From Candidatus Methylomirabilis limnetica (GTDB taxonomy: Bacteria; Methylomirabilota; Methylomirabilia; Methylomirabilales; Methylomirabilaceae): a DNA stretch of 32,000 bases. The stretch spans positions 121,078-153,077 of the forward strand of contig NZ_NVQC01000013.1 in NCBI RefSeq assembly GCF_003044035.1, given 5' to 3'. Positions 15,760 to 25,193 of this stretch are shown here, piece by piece. The first letter of the stretch is position 1. Every line of letters starts with the position of its first letter. The notes under the pieces are model-generated. The model had not been told where the DNA came from, made no database searches, and worked only from the letters and a program-made list of their open reading frames with translations. The translations under genes and the position numbers were made by a program.

Positions 15760-15874
15760 GTCATTCTGGGCTTGACAAGCCTGCCCCGTACTTGATACGG
15801 GGGAATCCAGTCTTTCTGTGCTGGATTCCCGCTCCCCGCTTAAGGCATGCGGGGACAAGCTTCGCGGGAATGAC
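15760..15874. repeat. multi-hairpin REP-like element (family 2)
   Basis: Outer arms GTCATTC (15760-15766) and GAATGAC (15868-15874) enclose three hairpins: CCCCGTA/TACGGGG, GGAATCCAG/CTGGATTCC, CCCCGC/GCGGGG. It is absent from the otherwise homologous copy A. Confidence 0.7.
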
Positions 15875-15903
15875 GGCTTCGGTACAACGGAGGTGATAAA
15901 CCG

Positions 15904-16698
15904 ATGCGGACGGCGCTCACGATAGCAGGCTCCGATTCCGGGGGTGGAGCGGGGATCCAGGCTGATCTGAAGACCTTTGCCGCCTTGGGTATCTTCGGGA
16001 CATCGGCGATTACGTCGGTCACTGCCCAGAACACGGTCGGTGTCCAGGGGGTGTACGATCTGCCGCCGGAGTTCGTCGGGCGCCAGATCGACTCGGTCCT
16101 GGAAGATATCCACATCGACGCGGCCAAGACCGGGATGCTTTCGAGCGCAGCGATCATAGAGGTGGTCGCGGAGAAGGTGAAGGCGTATGCGACCATGCGG
16201 CTGGTGGTCGATCCGGTGATGGTGGCCAAGGGTGGGGCGTCGTTACTTCGGCCTGATGCCGTGAAGGCGCTCGTCGAGCGTCTGCTGCCCCTTGCCCTTG
16301 TTCTCACGCCGAATGTGCCGGAGGCTGAGGCGCTCACAGGGCTGACGATCACCGAGCTCAATGGGATGCGTCAGGCGGCGCGGCAGATCCACGGCCTCGG
16401 CCCGAGGTACGTTGTCCTCAAGGGGGGCCACCTTGGCGGTCGCGCGATCGATCTCCTGTTCGACGGAAGTCACTTCACGGAGTTGGATGCCGAGCGGATC
16501 GATACGCCGCACACCCACGGGACCGGATGCGTCTTCTCTGCGGCCATCACCGCGGAGCTGGCCAAGGGCAGTCCGGTTCCAGAGGCAGTTGCCATCGCCA
16601 AGCGCTTCATCACGGCTGCAATCCACTATGGGTTTCGGCTTGGCAAGGGATTCGGTCCGACCGATCCGATGGCGGCCGCAAGGAGCCTCACGCCATAA
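15904..16698 (+). CDS. thiD: hydroxymethylpyrimidine/phosphomethylpyrimidine kinase
   Basis: 264 aa with [21 protein letters not shown]...[11 protein letters not shown]...HTHGTGC. GGAGGTG RBS. Confidence 0.9.
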   Translation: MRTALTIAGSDSGGGAGIQADLKTFAALGIFGTSAITSVTAQNTVGVQGVYDLPPEFVGRQIDSVLEDIHIDAAKTGMLSSAAIIEVVAEKVKAYATMRLVVDPVMVAKGGASLLRPDAVKALVERLLPLALVLTPNVPEAEALTGLTITELNGMRQAARQIHGLGPRYVVLKGGHLGGRAIDLLFDGSHFTELDAERIDTPHTHGTGCVFSAAITAELAKGSPVPEAVAIAKRFITAAIHYGFRLGKGFGPTDPMAAARSLTP

Positions 16699-16731
16699 GA
16701 ACAGGGTAGAGGGTTTAGGGTATATTGAATC

Positions 16732-16899
16732 ATGCGCAACCGGACTCTGCAACGATGGGACGTCTCACCGCAAGAGGCCATAGCGATCCAGCTCACACTG
16801 CGTTCCCATCTTTGTCTGCACGGTACAGGATCTTTTGCCACAGTCGCAGGGGTAGATATCGCGTATGATGAGACCACAAAGTTGATGTACCCTTCATAG
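16732..16899 (+). pseudogene. nfi: N-terminal remnant of endonuclease V
   Basis: 55 codons, MRNRTLQRWDVSPQEAIAIQLTLRSHL...VAGVDIAYDETTKL, match the EndoV N-terminus through the catalytic-Asp region and then stop. A full EndoV is about four times longer. Confidence 0.55.
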
Positions 16900-16951
16900 G
16901 GTGTGGGGGATAGGGTCTAGGGTAAAGTGAGAGCGTAAAGGAGGGGGCAAC

Positions 16952-17722
16952 ATGGAGTTGGGGTTGCGTGGGAAGGTTGTGATGGTGACCGGCGGAAGCC
17001 GAGGGATCGGCAGGGCGATCGCCCTGGGTTGTGCCGAGGAGGGGTGCCGGCTCAGTATCTGTGGTCGAGGCCTTATAACACTGGAAGAGGTGGCCGAGAC
17101 GATCAAAGCCTACGGGGTCGAACTCCTCACGGTGTCCGCCGACCTCACCGACCCTCATGGGGCCGAGCGCTTTGTGCAGGCGACGCTCGAGCGGTATGGC
17201 CGGATCGATGTGCTGGTGAACAATGTCGGCGGGTCACGCCGCGGGGAGCTGGAGGCCCTCTCGGAGGAGGATTGGCGAGAGGTGTACGATCTGAACTTCT
17301 TCTCGACGCTACGGATGGTCCGGCTGGTGGTGCCGGTGATGAAGCGGCAGGGCGGAGGCCGGATCATCAACATCGCCTCGATCTGGGGGCGAGAGTCGGG
17401 AGGGGCGATGACCTACAACGCGTCTAAGGCGGCGGTGATCAGCCTCTCCAAGTCACTCGCCAGGGAGCTGGCCCCTCACAATATCCTGGTCAACAGTGTG
17501 GCGCCTGGCTCGACACTCTTTCCGGGTGGCTCGTGGGACAAGCGGCAGCGCGAGAACCCGAGCCAGATGGCCCAGTTTATCAAGGACGAGCTTCCGCTTG
17601 GCCGATTCGGCCGTCCCGAGGAGGTCGCAGCCGTAGTGGTCTTTCTGGCGTCCCAAAAGGCGAGCTTAGTGACCGGAGCGTGCGTTACGGTCGATGGCTG
17701 TCAGTCGCGGTCGCTTATCTAA
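16952..17722 (+). CDS. SDR-family oxidoreductase (FabG-like)
   Basis: VTGGSRGIGRAIA, NNVG, S...YNASKAA catalytic tetrad region. GGAGGGGG RBS. Confidence 0.85.
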   Translation: MELGLRGKVVMVTGGSRGIGRAIALGCAEEGCRLSICGRGLITLEEVAETIKAYGVELLTVSADLTDPHGAERFVQATLERYGRIDVLVNNVGGSRRGELEALSEEDWREVYDLNFFSTLRMVRLVVPVMKRQGGGRIINIASIWGRESGGAMTYNASKAAVISLSKSLARELAPHNILVNSVAPGSTLFPGGSWDKRQRENPSQMAQFIKDELPLGRFGRPEEVAAVVVFLASQKASLVTGACVTVDGCQSRSLI

Positions 17723-20232
17723 CCGGTCGCATCGGGTGGGCTAGAGGATGGCTTGATGTTCCAGATCTCCCGGGCGTACTCAGCGATGGCGCGGTCGCTG
17801 GAGAATTTGCCCGTCCTGGCAACGTTTAAGATGGCCTTGCATGTCCAGCCCACGGGGTCTTTGAACGCTTGAGCCACCCGTTCCTGGGTCTCGATATACG
17901 ACTCCAGATCGGCCAAGTGGAAGTATGGGTCCCCCCGGTCCAGGACCGACTCATAAATCCAGCGAAACCGGCTTGGCTCATCCGGGCAAAACAGGCCGGA
18001 CGCAAACGTGTCCATGAGCCGTCGTATATCGGGGTTGCGATGATAGTAGGTTCGAGGATGATACGACCCTCCCGCACGCATCTGCCGGATCTCTTCGACC
18101 TGTAATCCGAAGAGAAAGATATTCTCCTGACCCACCTCATCCATGATCTCTATCGTGGCCCCATCATGAGTGCCGATGGTGAGCGCCCCATTCATCGCGA
18201 ACTTCATGTTCCCCGTGCCTGAAGCTTCCGTCCCAGCCATGGAAATCTGCTCGCTCACATCCGTAGCGGGGACGATCTGCTCCGCCAGAGAGACTCGATA
18301 GTCGGGCAGGAAGACCACTTTGATCAACCCCTGCACCCGGGGATCGGCATTGATAACCTGGCCCACGCTGGTGATTAATTTGATGATCTGTTTCGCCGCC
18401 CAATACCCCGGCGCCGCCTTACCGGCAAAGATGTATACGCGAGGTACCGGCGGCGTTATCCCGTCTTGGATCATGCGCAGATACTGGTGGATGATCTGCA
18501 TGACGTTGAGCAATTGCCGTTTGTACTCGTGGATCCGTTTGACGTGAACATCAAACAGCGCATCCGGACTGACGGCCACTCGACAGCGGTCATAGATGAT
18601 CTGAGTGAGGAGCGTCTTGCTGGATCGCCTCACCATCATGAATGCTTGTTGGAAATCCGGATCCTGCGCATAAGGTTCCAAAGCCCTGAGCTTGCCAAGG
18701 TCAGTAATCCAATCGCTCCCAATGGTGCTGGTAATGAGATCGGCTAACAGCGGATTGGCTTGAAGCAACCAGCGTCGCGGCGTGACCCCATTTGTCTTCG
18801 TGTTAAATTTCTCCGGCCAGAGTTGATAGAAATCTGGCACCAAGGAGGTTTTCACTATTTGGGTGTGGAGAGCCGACACCCCATTTGTAGAATGGCTGCC
18901 GACAAGCGCCAGGTTCACCATGCGCACAGCTTTCTGCTCCCCTTCCTCAATCAGGGACATGCGTCGCAATCGCTCGTGGTCATCTGGCCACACGGAGGCC
19001 ACCTGCGCGAGGAACCGGTGGTTGACCTCATAAATGATCTGAAGATGCCGTGGCAAGACGTACTCTAATAGCGAGACCGACCACTTCTCTAACGCTTCAG
19101 GCATCAAGGTGTGATTGGTATACGACAGTGTGGCCTGAGTCGTCTCCCAGGCTTTCTCCCATGGTTGGGCATGTTCGTCGACCAGAATGCGCATCAATTC
19201 TGCGACGGCCAGGGCTGGATGGGTATCGTTGAGGTGAATGGCGACCTTGGAGGCGAACTGGTCAAAGGTGGCATGACTCTTTTCATAGCGCCTGACAATG
19301 TCTCGAAGGGTGCATGCCACAAGTAGGTATTCTTGAACCAGTCGCAGTTCCCGACCCGCTTCGACCAAGTCAGAGGGGTAGAGGACCTTTGAGATGGTCT
19401 CCGAGGCGATCTGCTGCTCGACCGCTTTCAAGTAGTCCCCCTCATTAAAGATCTGCATATCAAATTCCGCGGACGATCGCGCCGAGTACACTCGCAGCAC
19501 ATTCACCGTCTGGCCACCGAACCCCACGATCGGCATGTCGTGCGGAACGCCGACGATGATCTTCCAATCCATCCACATGGGGTTGTATTGGCCTGCGCGG
19601 TCGATGCCGTGTTCGATGCGACCGTATAGGGGAACGATGCAGGCCTCATCGGGACGCTCAATCTGCCAGGGGCTTCCGTGGATCAGCCAGTTGTCCGGTT
19701 TTTCCTTCTGGTACCCATTGTCAATGTCCTGTTTGAACAAGCCATACTCATAGTTAAGTCCGTATCCGTACCCCGGCATACCCATGGTGGCTAGGGAGTC
19801 CAGAAAACACGCCGCCAAGCGACCGAGCCCGCCATTTCCCAGGGCGGCCTCACATTCACCTTCCATCACCTCCTCAAAATCAACGCCCATCTTGCGCAGC
19901 GCATCTCGGCAAAGATCGAGCATCCGCAGATTGCTCAGGTTATTTTTCAAGGACCGACCCAGGAGATACTCCATAGAGAGATAATGCACGCGCTTGGGAT
20001 CGGTCTGTTGATACCGATCCTCGGTCTCCAACATTCTGTCGATGAGGGCGTCTCGAACAGCTAACGCGACAGCCGTAAAAAGTTCGCGACCGGAACAGAG
20101 CCCCCACCTTTTGCCCAACGAGTACCGGGCATGATAGCGGATAGTATCTAGAAAGGCAGGTACGGTAAGGGCCACATCGCTATGCTTTTTAGATGTCAGC
20201 CGCGCTTGCTGCTCAGGCCTTCTGTTCGACAT
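17719..20232 (-). CDS. glgP: glycogen/alpha-glucan phosphorylase
   Basis: 837 aa with the EASGTGNMKFAMNGALTIGTHDGATIE pyridoxal-phosphate Lys motif and GNGGLGRLAACFLDS. Confidence 0.9.
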   Translation of the reverse strand: MSNRRPEQQARLTSKKHSDVALTVPAFLDTIRYHARYSLGKRWGLCSGRELFTAVALAVRDALIDRMLETEDRYQQTDPKRVHYLSMEYLLGRSLKNNLSNLRMLDLCRDALRKMGVDFEEVMEGECEAALGNGGLGRLAACFLDSLATMGMPGYGYGLNYEYGLFKQDIDNGYQKEKPDNWLIHGSPWQIERPDEACIVPLYGRIEHGIDRAGQYNPMWMDWKIIVGVPHDMPIVGFGGQTVNVLRVYSARSSAEFDMQIFNEGDYLKAVEQQIASETISKVLYPSDLVEAGRELRLVQEYLLVACTLRDIVRRYEKSHATFDQFASKVAIHLNDTHPALAVAELMRILVDEHAQPWEKAWETTQATLSYTNHTLMPEALEKWSVSLLEYVLPRHLQIIYEVNHRFLAQVASVWPDDHERLRRMSLIEEGEQKAVRMVNLALVGSHSTNGVSALHTQIVKTSLVPDFYQLWPEKFNTKTNGVTPRRWLLQANPLLADLITSTIGSDWITDLGKLRALEPYAQDPDFQQAFMMVRRSSKTLLTQIIYDRCRVAVSPDALFDVHVKRIHEYKRQLLNVMQIIHQYLRMIQDGITPPVPRVYIFAGKAAPGYWAAKQIIKLITSVGQVINADPRVQGLIKVVFLPDYRVSLAEQIVPATDVSEQISMAGTEASGTGNMKFAMNGALTIGTHDGATIEIMDEVGQENIFLFGLQVEEIRQMRAGGSYHPRTYYHRNPDIRRLMDTFASGLFCPDEPSRFRWIYESVLDRGDPYFHLADLESYIETQERVAQAFKDPVGWTCKAILNVARTGKFSSDRAIAEYAREIWNIKPSSSPPDATG

Positions 20233-20235
20233 CGG

Positions 20236-20715
20236 TCACCCTTTCAATGGTCCGTCTTTGGCTTGACACGGTCCGAAAAACCTGGTCAAGGTCAGGATAT
20301 TTTTCCCCTCGCAGGTGGTATACGTCACATCGTCCATCGTTGCCTTGATAATCGCGAGCCCCAACCCCCCTTCTGGAATACTGCTCAGGCGACACGGATC
20401 GAAATCGAAGGGTGATGCCGCCTGAGGCTTGAGGTGCTTCGGATCCATGGCCATTCCCGTGTCACAGATCTGAAGGGTCAGGTGGTCGGGATACTGCCAG
20501 AAGAGTACCTCCACCTCATGTCCTGCCTCATTGCCGTAGGCGTGCAAGATGGCATTGTTGACAGCCTCGACAACACACAGCGCGATCCGGTGTGATTCGA
20601 CATCGGACAGTGGGATGAGGGAGCAAAACCGCTCTACCGCCTGACCGATAAGCGGCACATTCTGCAGATCGCTGGTGATGGCTAGTGTGATCCGTTTTCC
20701 GCTCAACTTGCCCAA
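20236..20715 (-). CDS. RsbW/SpoIIAB-like anti-sigma-type serine kinase (HATPase_c)
   Basis: 159 aa with N-box EAVNNAILHAY, DTG, and GGLGLAII. Confidence 0.75.
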   Translation of the reverse strand: MGKLSGKRITLAITSDLQNVPLIGQAVERFCSLIPLSDVESHRIALCVVEAVNNAILHAYGNEAGHEVEVLFWQYPDHLTLQICDTGMAMDPKHLKPQAASPFDFDPCRLSSIPEGGLGLAIIKATMDDVTYTTCEGKNILTLTRFFGPCQAKDGPLKG

Positions 20716-20722
20716 TCCTTGT

Positions 20723-21061
20723 TTAGCAGCCTAAGGCTGATATGGCCTGCTGCTCATTGCCAAAGACCTGAAACACCCGGTCCATCCTAGTGAGCCGGAA
20801 CATGGTCATGGTGGTTTCCTGCAATCCGCATACGACCAGATCCCCTTGTCCCCCCATGCGTTTCAGGCTCGAGACGATCGCCCCCAACCCACTGCTGTCG
20901 ATGAACTCAACCCTGGAGAGGTCCAGCACGATCTTCGTATTCCCCGAAGCGATCAGTTCGGCCATCCGCTCCTTAAAATCAGTCGCGACCCTGGCATCCA
21001 GTCGATCCTCTAGCGGCGCAACCACCAAGGCCTCGCCTGCTCTCCGCTGCTCAAGCTGCAT
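20723..21061 (-). CDS. STAS-domain anti-sigma-factor antagonist (RsbV/SpoIIAA/HsbA-like)
   Basis: MQLEQRRAGEALVV...DLSRVEFIDSSGLGAIVS, with the conserved phosphorylatable Ser in DSSGLG. The start was chosen at the internal Met of the 138-aa ORF. Confidence 0.75.
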   Translation of the reverse strand: MQLEQRRAGEALVVAPLEDRLDARVATDFKERMAELIASGNTKIVLDLSRVEFIDSSGLGAIVSSLKRMGGQGDLVVCGLQETTMTMFRLTRMDRVFQVFGNEQQAISALGC

Positions 21062-21078
21062 CGCATGTGCTCCTTTGC

Positions 21079-21393
21079 CTATACCTGCCCCCGGACCTGA
21101 ACTGTTACAGCCGCAAGGTACGCTGCCAGCCGCTCGCACAGTGTCGTGATGGCCTTCCGATCGCCCCGCACACTCGCCTCCTCGATCCCCCGTCCTATCT
21201 CGCTGATCTCTGCGAACCCATAGCCGCCACCGGTCCCTTTCATCGTGTGGCCTAACCGCGTGAGCTCCTCATGGTTGCCTTCCTGGACCAGCCGCGTGAT
21301 CGTCTCAACATCCCGTCGCCGATTCTCTAAAAACTCCGGGATCAGGTCTGCCAGTTCTTCGTCAACAAAGACAACAGTCGTCTGTTCCCCCAT
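21079..21393 (-). CDS. Hpt (histidine phosphotransfer) domain protein
   Basis: HTMKGTGGGYGF phospho-His motif. GGAGGGAGG RBS before the ATG at 21393. Confidence 0.7.
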   Translation of the reverse strand: MGEQTTVVFVDEELADLIPEFLENRRRDVETITRLVQEGNHEELTRLGHTMKGTGGGYGFAEISEIGRGIEEASVRGDRKAITTLCERLAAYLAAVTVQVRGQV

Positions 21394-21421
21394 TTTCACC
21401 TCCCTCCGAAAATCCCACTTA

Positions 21422-24400
21422 TCAAATACCACCGTGGCCCCCCTTTGCTAAAAGGGGGGGTGGGGGGTTTTCGTAATCGGCCAGATAGCGGGCCACCGTC
21501 GCAAGCAGGAGATCCTTCTTCAGCGGCTTCGTGAGGTAGTCATCCATTCCTAGCTGGAGACACTGCTCTCGATACCCCGCGATTGCATGCGCTGTCAACG
21601 CGATAATGGGCGTCCGTCCTACGTTATGCTCGCGTTCCCATGCCCTGATGGTTCGAGTGGCCTCAAACCCGTCCATTTCCGGCATCTGCACGTCCATCAG
21701 AATGAGATCATAGCGGGCCTGCCGCACGGCGCTCACTGCTGCTACCCCATTTCCCGCAATGACGACCCAGTACCCAGCCTTCTCCAGAATCCTTCTCACC
21801 AGGTTCTGATTGTCCACGTTGTCCTCGACCAGCAGGATGTGTTGCTGGATGGTGGGGCGCATTGCCTTCGGGATCGCCGGCTCAGCGAGTGTCACCGCTT
21901 CCTCCGGTCTTCGTAGCAGCCCCATCAACATATCGAAGAGCTTCGACTGTTTGACCGGCTTGGTCAGGACCACCGTAATCCCCAGTTCCTCCCTTACGCC
22001 GGCGAGCAGCCCCTCCCAGGACGAGAGCATCACCAACTTGATCCCCTGGAGCTTTGGATCGTGCCGGATGGCTCGTGCCACGTCTACCCCATCCATGTCC
22101 GGCATCTGATGATCCAGGATGACGACCTGAAAGTGCGTGTGCGACGTACGCAATAACGCCAAGGCCTCCTCCCCCCCGGATGCTTCCCCTACGGAGGTGC
22201 CCCACGCTTGCAGCGTCCTGCGCAGGATCAGGCGATTGGTCGGATTGTCGTCCACCACCAACACCGCCACGTCGCGCAGATCGGGATAGACCTCGCCCTC
22301 CACCCGCAGTATCTCAGCTTCAGGCTCCGCCAAGGATACCGCAAAATCACAATGGAAGGTGGACCCCTTTCCGATCTCGCTCTGCACCCATATCCGCCCG
22401 CCCATTAGCTCGACCAGGGACTTTGAGATACTCAACCCCAATCCGCTTCCCCCGAATCGCCGCGTCGTGGTGGAATCCGCCTGAGCGAATGGGTCAAAGA
22501 TCCTGGCTTGTTGATGCGTGGGAATGCCGATCCCGGTATCGGCCACCGAAACATGGAGCCCAACTCGTCCAGGCGCGGCGGCAGCGGCCTGCTCAACTTG
22601 AATGGCTACCTCCCCGCGCTCCGTGAACTTGATGGCATTGCCCACGAGGTTCACCAACACCTGCCTCAGGCGAGTGGGGTCGCCGAGCACTCGAGATGGC
22701 AGCACCGGATCCACATAGCACGTCAGCTCTAGCCCCTTTTTCTGGGCCCGGATGCTCAGGACCTCGGCCACACCTTCCACGACTTCACGCAGGTGAAAGC
22801 CCACATCCTCAATGACCATCTGGCCCGCCTCAATCTTGGAGATATCGAGAATATCGTTAATGACCGTCAGCAGCGCTTCAGAGGACGACAGCACGACCTG
22901 CAAGAACTCTCGTTGCTCCGCAGTAAGCGCGGTGTCGAGGGTGAGCTCCGTCATACCAATGACGGCGTTGAGCGGGGTCCGAATCTCGTGGCTCATCATG
23001 GCCAAGAACTCACTCTTGGCGCGGTTGGCCGTTTCGGCGGCGGACTTCGCCTGTTGGAGCTCTATCTCCGCCCGCTTGCGCTCTTCAACCTCTCGTCTCA
23101 GCTCTTCGGCATGACGTTGCACTGAGTTGTACATGCGGCTATGCTCAATGACAATGGCCACCTGGTCAGCCAGAGGGAGCAGACGCTCAATGTCTCGTGC
23201 GGAGTACGTCCCGGCCGTCAAACTATCGAGGAAGAAGACCCCCACTGCCCTCCCTCCAACCAGAAGCGGGAGCTCAATGGAGGACCGGACGCCCTCCTGC
23301 ACCATATACATCTCATCGTGGAACCTGGCCTCCTTTACCATGTCGCGCACAAGTCGAGGCTCCCTCTGGGTGAGCATCCACTCGATCGCCGTGTCGTTCG
23401 TCTTTGGCCAGCTCTGTCCCTGGTAGGCGGCGAGTGGGGGGTTCGCCACGGAGTAGGCCACCCGGAGCTGGTCGACTTCCGGGACGATCACCCCCAGCCG
23501 GTCATACGGGACGTAGGACTCCACCGCCTGGGCAAACGTCCCAAAGACCTCGTTGAGTTCGAGCGATCGGTTCAGCAGTCGGCCCAGCGTGAAGAGCGCC
23601 TCCCACCGCGCGGCGTGGTCCTTCGTCGTCTCATACAATTCGGCGAGATCGGCGTGGGCGGCTCCTAGGTCAGCGTCTGCCTGCTTGCGGGCGGTGACGT
23701 CCTGTTTGACCGCGATGTAGTGGGTGATCTGACCTCGGCTGTCTCGGACGGGGGCGATGGCCTGCTCCTCGGTGTAGAGGCCCCCATCCTTACGCCGATT
23801 AATTATCTCCCCGTGCCAGACCTGTCCGGCGAGAATCGTTGCCCAGATCTGCTGGTAGAACGCGGTGTCGTGCTGGTCTGACTTGAGGAAACGCGAATTT
23901 CGGCCGAGCATCTCTTGGGCTGTGTAGCCGGTGAGCTGGGTGACGGCGGAATTGACCCAGGTGATCGTTCCCTCTCGGTCAGTGATCATGATGCCGTTGG
24001 CCGCCGCCTCCAATGCAGTGTGTTGCAGGTGCAGTTGAGCTTCTGCCTGCTTACGGGCGGTGATGTCGCGGATCGCGCTCATGGCGATACCGCCATCTTT
24101 GGTGGGATAGTGACTCAGCTTGATGTCAACGGGAAACTCACGCCCATCCTTGCGCACGGCGTATAATTCCAGACCCACCCCCATGGGTCGCGTCACAGGG
24201 GTGGTGGTGTAGGTAGCGCGATGCTCTGTGTGCTGGCTGCGGAGACGCTCTGGCACCAGCATCTCAACTGGTGCGCCCAGCAACTCTTGCTGCGCATAGC
24301 CGAATATCCTCTCCGCTTCTTCATTTGCGAGCACGATGCGTCCTGCCTTGTTGACGAGCAGTATGGCGTCCGGCGCAGCATTCACCAGCCCGCGAAACTT

Positions 24401-25177
24401 GTCCTCGCTTTCGGTAAGGGCGTCGAGCATCTCATTCAGAGAACTGGCCAGACGGCCAAGCTCATCGGCAGCCAAGACCGGGGCGTACGCCGTCGCCTCA
24501 CCCGCCGTGCGGGCATCCATGGTTGCACGAATGGTACTGACCGGACGTAGGATCAGCCGCTGGAGCAGCGTCCAGGCGAACAACAGGGTCAGCAGGATGA
24601 CCGTGAACAGGATGGCGCGCACTTGCCACATGGCCCGGGACACCTGGCGCTCGATCGGGTGGGCGTCCAGACGGACCATGACCGCCCTATCCGCCCTGTC
24701 CCTTGGGCTGGCTCCTGCGCCATCTAGGTCGAAGGGTAGTATGAGCTCGAACTCACTGGTCTCGGTGTGAAAGTGAAGGTGCTCCTGTTGGGTCGCCATC
24801 GTGTTGGTCAGGTGCTGAGTCGCGTCCTTCTCAGGAAGATCAGAAATGGACCGGCCGATCCAGGCCTGCTTCGTTGCAGCCAAGACGCGAAGGGTCTCCC
24901 CGCTTGCTACAACAATGAAGGTGACGTCCGGCTCCTCACCCAGGGCGTGGACAATCCGCATGAGCTCCGTCGGCTCGCCCGCGATCCTCGCGACAGCCTT
25001 CACGGCGCTCGCCAGATGGTGCACACGATACGCTGCCTGTTCTTCAAGCCGCTCCGCGAACAGTCGCTGGGTCACCCACATGCTCAGCGCCACCAAGAGG
25101 GCGCTGATCACGAGCAGCGGGATGACGATCTTGGTCTCGAGGGAACGGAATGGGCTGGGAGGTGAGTTGAGCTGCAT
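21422..25177 (-). CDS. multi-sensor hybrid histidine kinase (TM-HAMP-PAS x3-GAF-HisKA-HATPase-REC-REC)
   Basis: 1251 aa with H-box [19 protein letters not shown], an N/G-box region, and two receivers ([11 protein letters not shown]...[10 protein letters not shown] and [11 protein letters not shown]...[11 protein letters not shown]). Confidence 0.9.
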   Translation of the reverse strand: MQLNSPPSPFRSLETKIVIPLLVISALLVALSMWVTQRLFAERLEEQAAYRVHHLASAVKAVARIAGEPTELMRIVHALGEEPDVTFIVVASGETLRVLAATKQAWIGRSISDLPEKDATQHLTNTMATQQEHLHFHTETSEFELILPFDLDGAGASPRDRADRAVMVRLDAHPIERQVSRAMWQVRAILFTVILLTLLFAWTLLQRLILRPVSTIRATMDARTAGEATAYAPVLAADELGRLASSLNEMLDALTESEDKFRGLVNAAPDAILLVNKAGRIVLANEEAERIFGYAQQELLGAPVEMLVPERLRSQHTEHRATYTTTPVTRPMGVGLELYAVRKDGREFPVDIKLSHYPTKDGGIAMSAIRDITARKQAEAQLHLQHTALEAAANGIMITDREGTITWVNSAVTQLTGYTAQEMLGRNSRFLKSDQHDTAFYQQIWATILAGQVWHGEIINRRKDGGLYTEEQAIAPVRDSRGQITHYIAVKQDVTARKQADADLGAAHADLAELYETTKDHAARWEALFTLGRLLNRSLELNEVFGTFAQAVESYVPYDRLGVIVPEVDQLRVAYSVANPPLAAYQGQSWPKTNDTAIEWMLTQREPRLVRDMVKEARFHDEMYMVQEGVRSSIELPLLVGGRAVGVFFLDSLTAGTYSARDIERLLPLADQVAIVIEHSRMYNSVQRHAEELRREVEERKRAEIELQQAKSAAETANRAKSEFLAMMSHEIRTPLNAVIGMTELTLDTALTAEQREFLQVVLSSSEALLTVINDILDISKIEAGQMVIEDVGFHLREVVEGVAEVLSIRAQKKGLELTCYVDPVLPSRVLGDPTRLRQVLVNLVGNAIKFTERGEVAIQVEQAAAAAPGRVGLHVSVADTGIGIPTHQQARIFDPFAQADSTTTRRFGGSGLGLSISKSLVELMGGRIWVQSEIGKGSTFHCDFAVSLAEPEAEILRVEGEVYPDLRDVAVLVVDDNPTNRLILRRTLQAWGTSVGEASGGEEALALLRTSHTHFQVVILDHQMPDMDGVDVARAIRHDPKLQGIKLVMLSSWEGLLAGVREELGITVVLTKPVKQSKLFDMLMGLLRRPEEAVTLAEPAIPKAMRPTIQQHILLVEDNVDNQNLVRRILEKAGYWVVIAGNGVAAVSAVRQARYDLILMDVQMPEMDGFEATRTIRAWEREHNVGRTPIIALTAHAIAGYREQCLQLGMDDYLTKPLKKDLLLATVARYLADYENPPPPLLAKGGHGGI
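21438..21467. repeat. C-run/G-run hairpin repeat (family 1, copy 3)
   Basis: CCCCCCTTT (21438-21446), loop gcta, AAAGGGGGG (21451-21459), then a G-run. It overlaps the last codons of the kinase ORF. Confidence 0.65.
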
Positions 25178-25193
25178 CGATGTCCTCTAGTCG

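Noticed and set aside
15521-15903. An expected TPP (THI-box) riboswitch upstream of thiD.
   Set aside because: I could not find the conserved CUGAGA ... ACCUGAUCUGGAUAAUGCCAGCG-type core on the plus strand in either thiD leader.
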